From assembly GCA_039920285.1 (NCBI GenBank), contig JBDSDX010000001.1, positions 390,001 to 422,000 of the forward strand: a stretch of DNA of 32,000 bases, read 5' to 3'. This stretch comes from Candidatus Saccharimonadota bacterium. GTDB taxonomy: Bacteria; Patescibacteriota; Saccharimonadia; Saccharimonadales; Saccharimonadaceae. The position numbers were made by a program, and so were the translations under genes. Shown in pieces: positions 10,866 through 18,105 of the stretch (position 1 is the first letter of the stretch; each line of letters starts with the position of its first letter). The notes under the pieces are model-generated. The model saw only the letters and a list, made by a program, of their open reading frames with translations, had not been told where the DNA came from and searched no databases.

Positions 10866-13007
10866 GTGACTCACAACCGTCAAACGGCGTTTACGATTGT
10901 CGAACTTATCGTTGTTATATCGGTTATTGCTGTATTGGTGGCCATCTCAATCGTTTCTTATAGCGGCTGGCAGAATGGTGTGCGTGCCTCTGTGGTAAAA
11001 AATGATCTTAATGCCGCTGCCGCAACGCTTGAGAATGCTCGTAGTTTAGCAACGGTCGGCGGATACCCCACAACTGACCCTTCGTTTACCCGTAGTGAAA
11101 ACGTCAGTATCACCTTTACGATGCTCCAGACTGACCAGTATTGTGTCGATGGGCACTCAATTCAAGATACGTCGATAGAGTATTATATGTATTCGAAAAC
11201 AAAAGAAGGTGGTCCAAAAGCAGGCAGCTGTGCAACTCGCACAGACCTCACGCCACCAGTCGCACCAGCAAGTATTACGATAGCTTCTTCGACTGGAACG
11301 ACCGCCATTGTAAACTGGCCTTCAGTGGCTGACGCGGACACGTATATTGCACAGTGTGCATCTGATCCCGCATTCATCTATGGTTTAAAGCAAACGACAG
11401 CAGTAAATAACTCAGGAACCGTTAGTGCGACAGTGAACAATCTGACGCCCAGTAGCCTGTTTTATTGTCGGGTGAAATCGGTCAATGCGAAAGGCGTGAG
11501 TCTTTGGTCAGGAGCGAGTACCGCAACCACCAGTACGACATATGATGCGTTTGCGACGGCAACGTCGATCGAAGGGTATTGGACCTCGCCACCAGAGGGT
11601 TTCTTGCTTGAAGATGGCTCAGCTGTCTCACGCACGACATACGCTGATTTATTTGCAGTCATTGGTACTACGTACGGGCCTGGTAACGGTACCACAACTT
11701 TTAATGTACCTGATTCTCGCGGCCGAGTAGCCGTGAATAAGAATCCGTCAGATGCTGAATTCGACACCATGGGTGAGAAGTACGGTGAAAAAGCACACAT
11801 ACTCACGATTGCCGAGATGCCATCACATACTCATAAGCTCCCTTATTTAACTACTGACGTATCCGATTATTTCGGAGGTGGGGGGAATCCTTACGGTATA
11901 TCGTCATCCTACGCGACGAAAACCGGCACTTATGATCCACTTGAACCTGTTGGTGGCGATGGTGCGCACAATAATATTCAGCCTTCAATAGTAAAGACAT
12001 CCGCTATCAAGTTTACCGTCTCTTCGGGATCTCAATCGACACTTCCGTCAGGAACTTCTAGTGAAGGGTATTGGACGACTGCGCCGAGCGGCTATCTGCT
12101 TGAAGATGGTGCAGCAGTTTCACGAGCAACCTATTCTGATCTTTTTGCAGCGATAGGCACGACATATGGGGCTGGTAATGGCTCGACAACCTTTAACGTT
12201 CCCGATTCTCGTGGCAGGACTGCAGTTAATAAAAACCCGTCAGATACAGAGTTCGACACCATGGGTGAGAAATACGGTGAGAAAACACATACCTTAACGA
12301 TTGCTGAAATGCCCTCACACACTCACAAGATACCCTATCTAGCGAGTGGAAATGATGTATCAGATTACTTTGGAGGATCTGGTACGCCCTATGGTATCGC
12401 AACTTCTTACGTAACGAAATCAGGCACGTATGACTTACTTGAACCCGTCGGTGGCGATGGTGCGCACAATACCATTCAACCTTCGATAGTGAAATTATTC
12501 GCAATCAAATACACCCCCGCAGCAGGGACCGCTGCGGCAGTTGCAAAAGGCAGCACAATTAAGGGATATTGGACGACTGTCCCTAGTGGGTATCTGTCTG
12601 AAGACGGTACAGCAGTTTCACGAGCAACCTATTCAGATTTATTTGCAGTCATCGGGACAACATATGGAGCAGGTAATGGGACGACAACGTTTAACCTGCC
12701 AAATTCTCGAGGCCGGACATCAGTTAATATGAGTCCAGTTGATGCTGAATTCAATACGATAGGCGAGAAGTATGGCGAAAAAGCACACACACTCACTATT
12801 GCAGAAATGCCCTCACATACTCACAAAATACCGTATTTGAATAGTGATGTATCTGATTATCTTGCGGGATCTGGAGCAGATTATGGCATCTCGACTTCAT
12901 ATTCGACGAAATCAGGGGTGTATGACTCCCTCGAACCTGTTGGTGGTGATGGGGCTCATAATACCGTTCAACCTTCAATCGTAAAAATGTTTGTGATTAA
13001 GTTTTAA
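10866..13007 (+). CDS. modular type IV pilin-like protein: prepilin signal + pilin head + FN3 + three tandem phage tail-collar (MdpB-like) units
   Basis: 713 aa, GTG start. N-terminus MTHNRQTA|FTIVELIVVISVIAVLVA has Phe+1 and Glu+5. Cys pair QYCVDG...SCATR. FN3-like aa ~128-225. Three units with GYW at aa 237, 401 and 567. Each unit has GYLLEDG.AVSR.TY.DLFA.IGTTYG.GNG.TTFN.P.SRGR ... MPSHTH ... GGDGAHN.IQPSIVK...IK(F/Y). Confidence 0.9.
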   Translation: MTHNRQTAFTIVELIVVISVIAVLVAISIVSYSGWQNGVRASVVKNDLNAAAATLENARSLATVGGYPTTDPSFTRSENVSITFTMLQTDQYCVDGHSIQDTSIEYYMYSKTKEGGPKAGSCATRTDLTPPVAPASITIASSTGTTAIVNWPSVADADTYIAQCASDPAFIYGLKQTTAVNNSGTVSATVNNLTPSSLFYCRVKSVNAKGVSLWSGASTATTSTTYDAFATATSIEGYWTSPPEGFLLEDGSAVSRTTYADLFAVIGTTYGPGNGTTTFNVPDSRGRVAVNKNPSDAEFDTMGEKYGEKAHILTIAEMPSHTHKLPYLTTDVSDYFGGGGNPYGISSSYATKTGTYDPLEPVGGDGAHNNIQPSIVKTSAIKFTVSSGSQSTLPSGTSSEGYWTTAPSGYLLEDGAAVSRATYSDLFAAIGTTYGAGNGSTTFNVPDSRGRTAVNKNPSDTEFDTMGEKYGEKTHTLTIAEMPSHTHKIPYLASGNDVSDYFGGSGTPYGIATSYVTKSGTYDLLEPVGGDGAHNTIQPSIVKLFAIKYTPAAGTAAAVAKGSTIKGYWTTVPSGYLSEDGTAVSRATYSDLFAVIGTTYGAGNGTTTFNLPNSRGRTSVNMSPVDAEFNTIGEKYGEKAHTLTIAEMPSHTHKIPYLNSDVSDYLAGSGADYGISTSYSTKSGVYDSLEPVGGDGAHNTVQPSIVKMFVIKF
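11559..13004 (+). repeat. three in-frame tandem coding repeats of about 0.5 kb (collar units A1-A3)
   Basis: Units approx 11559-12014, 12051-12512 and 12549-13004. Long stretches of near-identical DNA are visible, e.g. cagcagtttcacgagcaacctattc in units 2 and 3. Confidence 0.85.
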
Positions 13008-13022
13008 GCATTGACATATAGC

Positions 13023-13051
13023 TTGTGCTTTAGACCTATTAGCTATACGAT
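13023..13051 (+). promoter_or_regulatory. putative promoter of the second collar-pilin gene (duplicate of 10814-10842)
   Basis: TTGTGC at 13023-13028, 17-nt spacer, TACGAT at 13046-13051, AGGGG before GTG 13076. The shared core cttgtgctt...cctattagctatacgataaa is conserved with the upstream copy. Confidence 0.4.
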
Positions 13052-13075
13052 AAAGAGAATAAATAGGGGTGTCTC

Positions 13076-15325
13076 GTGATCCATAATCGTCAAAAGGCGT
13101 TTACAATTGTTGAACTGATTGTTGTGATATCAGTCATTGCTGTATTGGTAGCTATTTCGGTTGTTTCATATAACGGATGGCAAAGTGGCGTGAGAAAAGC
13201 AGCGGTAAAGAGCGATCTCAACGCCGCATCTGCGACACTTGAAAATACACGGAACTTAGCCGGCTCTGGGGGATACCCAACCTCAAACCCGACATTTACC
13301 TCCTCTGATAATGTCACCGTGGTCTTCACTATGCTCCAAGTAGATCAATACTGTATCGACGGCCAGTCAATTCAAGATGTTTCAATTCAATATTATATAT
13401 ACTCGAAGGTAAAGAATAGTGGTCCACAAGAAGGAACGTGTGCGACACGTACCGACCTCACGCCTCCACTTGCTCCTGCGAGTGTTACAATCGCTTCTGC
13501 AACCGGAACGACAGCGATTGTGAACTGGCCTTCGGTGGCTGGTGCGGCATCTTATATTGCACAGTGCGCATCTGATCCGGTGTTTATCTATGGAGATCGA
13601 CAATCAACCGTGACGAACAATTCAGGAACAGTCAGCGCAACAATAAATGATTTGACGCCGAGCACCTCTTTTTATTGTCGGGTGAAATCAATTAATGCAA
13701 AAGGGACGAGTACATGGTCAGGTATTAATAACGCCAATACTGACTCATCATACGGTTCACTGGTAGTCGGAACGTCAATTGATGGTTATTGGACGACGCC
13801 ACCTCAGGGATTTTTAATGGAAGATGGTTTAGCTGTGTCTCGTACAACCTATGCGGCACTTTTCGCTGTTATTGGTACCACTTACGGCGTTGGAGATAAC
13901 TCAACAACCTTTAACCTACCCGATTCCCGTGGACGGACAGCCGTTAACAAGAACTCAACGGATGTTGAGTTTGCAACGGTGGGTCAACTTAGCGGCTCGA
14001 AAGCAGAACAGATAACTATTGCACAGCTACCATCACACACACATATTCAAAACCCACATAACCATAATAGTGGTAAACCGAACCTGTACGTTACTACTGG
14101 CCCAGGTATCAATGTAGATACAGCCAATGGCTCTGCCTTCGGATTTAAATACAATGTTACAACCCCCTCTCCAAGTACGGTTGCTGTAAACCAAACTACA
14201 GGAGGTGATCAAACGCACAATAATATTCAACCTTCAATCGTAAAATTATCGGCAATTAAATTTTCTCTGCCCGACATAGGTGCTACGACTCTTCCCGAAG
14301 GTAGTTCGATCAATGGGTATTGGTCAACAGCTCCGACAGGTTATTTGCTTGAAGACGGGGCTGCTATTTCACGGACTACGTACAGTGCACTCTATGCGGC
14401 GATCGGTACGACTTACGGTGTCGGAGATGGTTCAACAACATTTAACGTCCCTAATTCTAAGGGCCGAGCTGGTGTGAATATTAGTAGCGCAGATACGGAG
14501 TTTGACACGATGGGCGAGAAGACTGGTTCTAAGCGTGAACAATTGTCAGTTGCGCAGATTCCGTCACACACACACATTCAAAACTCACACAACCATAACG
14601 GCGGTGCACCAAACCCCTATGTCACGGATGGCTCATTGGGTGGGGTTGCGGTAACTTCTGCAGCCGCAGCTTATTATGGATTCAGGCTTCAAGCTGCTCC
14701 AAATACGACGGCGACAAATCAGAACACTGGTGGAGATCAAGATCATAATAATATTCAACCATCTATCACAAAATTATCTGCCATTAAATATACAACAACG
14801 AGTGGAGCGTCGGGGAGTGCCGTGCCGACAGGGACGTCATTGTCGGGGTATTGGCCAACAACCATCCCGACGGGCTATTTATCTGAAGACGGCTCAGCCA
14901 TATCAAGGGTTATATACGCCGATCTTTATAGGGCCATTGGAACAACGTATGGTGTCGGTGATGGCTCATCAACTTTCAATATCCCAGATTCAAGGGGTCG
15001 TGTCGGTGTGAATCGTAACTCTGTGGATACACAATTCGATACGATGGGCGAAAAATACGGCGAAAAAAGTCACGTCCTCACTATCGCAGAAATGGCTTCC
15101 CATACTCATATCCAGAACACCCATGATCATAATAGTGGCGGCATTACCTATATTAGTGACGGGAGTTTTGGTGGATCTGCAGCTACCTCAGCTAATGGAA
15201 CAGCCTACGGATTCACACTTATTGCTCAGCCAAGTGTCACGGCAACTAACCAGAATACGGGTGGTGGCCTCTCACACAACGAAATTCAACCATCAATTGT
15301 TAAGCGATTCATCATTAAATATTAG
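13076..15325 (+). CDS. modular type IV pilin-like protein, paralog of 10866-13007: prepilin signal + head + FN3 + three tail-collar units with His-rich inserts
   Basis: 749 aa, GTG start. N-terminus MIHNRQKA|FTIVELIVVISVIAVLVA. The first ~230 aa are mostly identical to the upstream paralog by eye. GYW at aa 237, 414 and 591 (period 177 aa). Each unit carries SHTHIQN.H.HN. Confidence 0.9.
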   Translation: MIHNRQKAFTIVELIVVISVIAVLVAISVVSYNGWQSGVRKAAVKSDLNAASATLENTRNLAGSGGYPTSNPTFTSSDNVTVVFTMLQVDQYCIDGQSIQDVSIQYYIYSKVKNSGPQEGTCATRTDLTPPLAPASVTIASATGTTAIVNWPSVAGAASYIAQCASDPVFIYGDRQSTVTNNSGTVSATINDLTPSTSFYCRVKSINAKGTSTWSGINNANTDSSYGSLVVGTSIDGYWTTPPQGFLMEDGLAVSRTTYAALFAVIGTTYGVGDNSTTFNLPDSRGRTAVNKNSTDVEFATVGQLSGSKAEQITIAQLPSHTHIQNPHNHNSGKPNLYVTTGPGINVDTANGSAFGFKYNVTTPSPSTVAVNQTTGGDQTHNNIQPSIVKLSAIKFSLPDIGATTLPEGSSINGYWSTAPTGYLLEDGAAISRTTYSALYAAIGTTYGVGDGSTTFNVPNSKGRAGVNISSADTEFDTMGEKTGSKREQLSVAQIPSHTHIQNSHNHNGGAPNPYVTDGSLGGVAVTSAAAAYYGFRLQAAPNTTATNQNTGGDQDHNNIQPSITKLSAIKYTTTSGASGSAVPTGTSLSGYWPTTIPTGYLSEDGSAISRVIYADLYRAIGTTYGVGDGSSTFNIPDSRGRVGVNRNSVDTQFDTMGEKYGEKSHVLTIAEMASHTHIQNTHDHNSGGITYISDGSFGGSAATSANGTAYGFTLIAQPSVTATNQNTGGGLSHNEIQPSIVKRFIIKY
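13769..15322 (+). repeat. three in-frame tandem coding repeats of about 0.53 kb (collar units B1-B3)
   Basis: Units approx 13769-14263, 14300-14791 and 14831-15322. Defined from the recurring GYW...EDG...IGTTYGVGD...SHTHIQN...NNIQPSI.K motifs. Confidence 0.85.
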
Positions 15326-15367
15326 CAAAAGCAGTTCCACCCCTTTGTGCTATACTAAAACTATTAT

Positions 15368-15760
15368 ATGAAAGAGCAATTTTTCGTTTTTCTCGTCCGT
15401 TGGCTCCTCAACTCATTTGGGCTTTGGGTAGCGGTTCGTCTTTTTGGGACTGGCTACGAACACGTTGATGTCACTGCTGGTATGTGGGGATTTTTGCTTG
15501 CTGGACTGATTTTTTCGGTCATTAATAGTATTTTGAAACCACTGGCCGTGATCTTCTCACTTCCCGCTATTTTATTGACGCTTGGTCTTTTCATGCTGAT
15601 TGTGAATGGGGCTCTGGTGTATCTGTCAGTTGCAATTGCTCCGGGCATTTCTATGTCATTCATGAACTCAATTCTTACCGGAATTATCCTTAGTCTGATA
15701 AACTATATAGTAAGTGCAGCCGTTGAAATTGGCGGAAGTAAATCAGGAGTGAAGGAATGA
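15368..15760 (+). CDS. small 4-TM membrane protein, DUF360 / phage holin family 4-like
   Basis: 130-aa ORF. The pattern F..R.L.N...LW....L, then four hydrophobic segments and INGAL.YL, is typical of PF04020-type proteins. Its stop overlaps the secG start (ATGA at 15757-15760). Confidence 0.55.
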   Translation: MKEQFFVFLVRWLLNSFGLWVAVRLFGTGYEHVDVTAGMWGFLLAGLIFSVINSILKPLAVIFSLPAILLTLGLFMLIVNGALVYLSVAIAPGISMSFMNSILTGIILSLINYIVSAAVEIGGSKSGVKE

Positions 15761-15990
15761 ACATCGATTCAATATTGCAAATTGTTATGTTTGGCTCAGC
15801 CATTCTTATGATCATTGCGATTCTATTACAACAACGAGGCGCAACTTTGGGTGCTGGCTTTGGAGCTTCTGGTGAACTCTATACAACTCGTCGTGGTGTC
15901 GACAAAAATCTATTTGAAGTGAGTGTTGTTTTAGCGGTTGTCTTTGTTCTATCGATTTTGGTCGGCCTTTTACTACCAGCCCTAGGCTAG
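15757..15990 (+). CDS. secG: preprotein translocase subunit SecG
   Basis: 77-aa two-TM ORF with the SecG-like central motif LLQQRGATLGAGFGASG. Confidence 0.7.
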   Translation: MNIDSILQIVMFGSAILMIIAILLQQRGATLGAGFGASGELYTTRRGVDKNLFEVSVVLAVVFVLSILVGLLLPALG

Positions 15991-16002
15991 AGGAGTATAC
16001 AC

Positions 16003-17796
16003 GTGGCTGATAACCAACCAAGTAAATGGAATCGTCTTCCAAAAATGAGCTTTAACTCGAAAGAGTTGAGGCAACGAATGAAAAAAGTCGAGGGTGCGAC
16101 GGTGAAGCACGCTCGTCGTTTTGTGTTTCGTCGTCTCGACAACTTCCGTGAGGTCCGTCGTCACATTGCTCTATGGATTATTGCAATTGGGATTGTGGTT
16201 GGCGCGAGTGGCCTACAACTTATGTGGTATCAGCAAAGCTATCGTACACAGGCTTTTGCCAACGATGGCACCTATGCTGAAGCAGTGCTCGGCCCAGTTA
16301 ATACGCTGAACCCAATCTTTGCCAATACGAGTGCTGAGGAATCTGTCAGTAATCTTTTGTTTTCGAAATTATTAACGTATGACAAAACTGGCCATTTGAA
16401 TTATGACCTCGCTGACAGTATGAAGATCAGCGATGACCGCACAACATACACCTTGACGATTCGTCCTGATGCTCGTTGGACAGACGGTATTTACGTACGA
16501 GCAAAAGACGTTGTTTTCACGGTGAATCTATTGAAGAACCCAGCTACTCGCTCAACGATTACGGGGTGGAACGACATTACAGCAACAGCTGTCGATGATC
16601 TCACGGTTTCTTTCAAACTCCCTTCAGTCTATGCAGCATTCCCACATGCTTTGAATTTCTTGCCAATCTTGCCTGAGCATACTTTACGCAATATTGAACC
16701 AGGGGCGATTCGCGAGAATATTTTCAGCACAAAACCAATTGGAAGTGGTCCATTTACGCTGCGTTTTGTGCAAGATATTGACCAGCCGACGGGACGTAAG
16801 ATTATTCACTTAGCCCGAAACGCTAATTATTATCGTGGTATCCCGAAGCTTGATCGTTTTCAGTTACACGTCTACGGAACTAGTGATGCAATCGCTAAAG
16901 CGTTTTCAACTGCTGAAGTAAACGCAGCGAGCGATCTCACTGTGAGCGACGTTGCTCGATTGAGTACTGATCGTTATTCTGTCGATCGTAGGCCGATCAA
17001 TAGTGGCGTCTATGCGCTGTTTAACACGACGACGTCAGTTTTGGCAGATAAATCCGTTCGTCAGGCGCTTCAGGCTGGAACGGATGTTGGTAAGGTCCGA
17101 GACGCGCTTGGTAAAGGTACACCAGAGCTCCACTTACCATTTGTGAACGGACAGGTCACCGGAGCAGTTCCGGATGCAACTGTGTACAACAAGGCTGCTG
17201 CAGAAGCTGCACTTGAGGCAGCCGGCTGGAAATTAGACGGTACTGTTCGAAAGAAAGATGGTGTGCCTCTGAAGTTGTCTGTTGTAACTACTAAAAATAA
17301 TGACTTTGAAAAGACACTAGATATCCTAGCGTCGCAGTGGCGTGGCTTAGGAATAACCGTGACAACAAGTATCGTCGATCCAACCGATGCCTCACAGAAC
17401 GTTGCTAAAGATATTCTGCAACCTCGTCGTTACGACGTGCTCCTGTACCAGCTGACGATTGGCGGCGACCCTGACGTCTATGCTTACTGGCATTCATCAC
17501 AGGCAACAAACGGATTTAACTTTTCGAACTATGCGAGTGCAATAAGTGACGATGCTCTCGTGAGCGCACGTTCACGTGTTGAACCTGACCTCCGTAATGC
17601 GAAGTACCTCACTTTTGCTCGTCAATGGATGGCGGACGCACCAGCAATTGGTTTATATCAAGCTACGACACAATATGCATACAGTAAAAGTGTTCACGCG
17701 TTACCAGCAGATGAGGTGCTCATCTCAGCAAATGATCGCTACGCCGAAGTCTTATATTGGTCAGTCGGTAATCGTCAAGTTCAGCAAACCCCGTAA
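16003..17796 (+). CDS. membrane-anchored solute-binding protein, family 5 (peptide/nickel-type SBP)
   Basis: 597-aa ORF, GTG start behind an AGAGGAG SD. N-terminal TM anchor (IALWIIAIGIVVGASGL), then an SBP_bac_5-like body. No permease or ATPase genes adjacent. Confidence 0.75.
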   Translation: MADNQPSKWNRLPKMSFNSKELRQRMKKVEGATVKHARRFVFRRLDNFREVRRHIALWIIAIGIVVGASGLQLMWYQQSYRTQAFANDGTYAEAVLGPVNTLNPIFANTSAEESVSNLLFSKLLTYDKTGHLNYDLADSMKISDDRTTYTLTIRPDARWTDGIYVRAKDVVFTVNLLKNPATRSTITGWNDITATAVDDLTVSFKLPSVYAAFPHALNFLPILPEHTLRNIEPGAIRENIFSTKPIGSGPFTLRFVQDIDQPTGRKIIHLARNANYYRGIPKLDRFQLHVYGTSDAIAKAFSTAEVNAASDLTVSDVARLSTDRYSVDRRPINSGVYALFNTTTSVLADKSVRQALQAGTDVGKVRDALGKGTPELHLPFVNGQVTGAVPDATVYNKAAAEAALEAAGWKLDGTVRKKDGVPLKLSVVTTKNNDFEKTLDILASQWRGLGITVTTSIVDPTDASQNVAKDILQPRRYDVLLYQLTIGGDPDVYAYWHSSQATNGFNFSNYASAISDDALVSARSRVEPDLRNAKYLTFARQWMADAPAIGLYQATTQYAYSKSVHALPADEVLISANDRYAEVLYWSVGNRQVQQTP

Positions 17797-17800
17797 GATA

Positions 17801-17829
17801 TTGCCTAAAGGGGTCATTTACGCTACAAT
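17801..17829 (+). promoter_or_regulatory. promoter of tRNA-Val (TTGCCT-17 nt-TACAAT)
   Basis: TTGCCT at 17801-17806, 17-nt spacer, TACAAT at 17824-17829, 12 nt before the tRNA 5' end. Confidence 0.5.
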
Positions 17830-17841
17830 ATCTCCTTAGTC

Positions 17842-17918
17842 GGGCGCTTAGCTCAGCTGGCTAGAGCATCTCGTTTACACCGAGAGGGTCGGGGGTTCGA
17901 ACCCCTCAGCGCCCACCA
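17842..17918 (+). tRNA. tRNA-Val (anticodon TAC), CCA encoded
   Basis: Acceptor GGGCGCT/AGCGCCC, D arm GCTC-AGCTGGCTA-GAGC, anticodon arm TCTCG-TTTACAC-CGAGA, T arm GGGGG-TTCGAAC-CCCCT, then ACCA. Confidence 0.93.
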
Positions 17919-17925
17919 CAGAATG

Positions 17926-17950
17926 ACACTCACGCAAGTGGGTGTTTTTC
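17926..17950 (+). terminator. rho-independent terminator after tRNA-Val
   Basis: ACACTCAC-GCAA-GTGGGTGT (8 bp including one G.U, GNRA loop), followed by TTTTT. Confidence 0.7.
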
Positions 17951-17964
17951 TATTGTCGTGCAAC

Positions 17965-17993
17965 TTGCATTTTCGCCGTTCTACCCCTATAAT
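17965..17993 (+). promoter_or_regulatory. promoter of tRNA-Leu (TTGCAT-17 nt-TATAAT)
   Basis: TTGCAT at 17965-17970, 17-nt spacer, TATAAT at 17988-17993, 10 nt before the tRNA 5' end. Confidence 0.55.
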
Positions 17994-18003
17994 GTAACAG
18001 TCT

Positions 18004-18090
18004 GCGCGCGTGCTGGAATTGGTAGACAGGCTAGCTTGAGGTGCTAGTGTTCGCAAGGACGTGGAGGTTCAAGTCCTCTCGCGCGCACCA
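18004..18090 (+). tRNA. tRNA-Leu (anticodon GAG), long variable arm, CCA encoded
   Basis: Acceptor GCGCGCG/CGCGCGC, anticodon arm CTAGC-TTGAGGT-GCTAG, long variable arm, T arm GGAGG-TTCAAGT-CCTCT, then ACCA. Confidence 0.92.
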
Positions 18091-18105
18091 GATGACATTA
18101 TATAA

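Noticed and set aside
11559-15322. Periodic ~0.5-kb repeats as a CRISPR array, a satellite, or DGR template/variable repeats.
   Set aside because: - The repeats are in frame inside two long ORFs and encode complete protein domains, with no short repeat-spacer periodicity.
- No reverse transcriptase is nearby.
- Differences between units are not confined to adenine positions.
15368-15760. Holin-family gene as evidence of a prophage or lysis cassette next to tail-collar genes.
   Set aside because: There are no endolysin, capsid, terminase, tail or integrase genes in the window. DUF360/holin-4-like proteins are common chromosomal membrane proteins, and the collar domains are fused to pilins, not to phage fibres.
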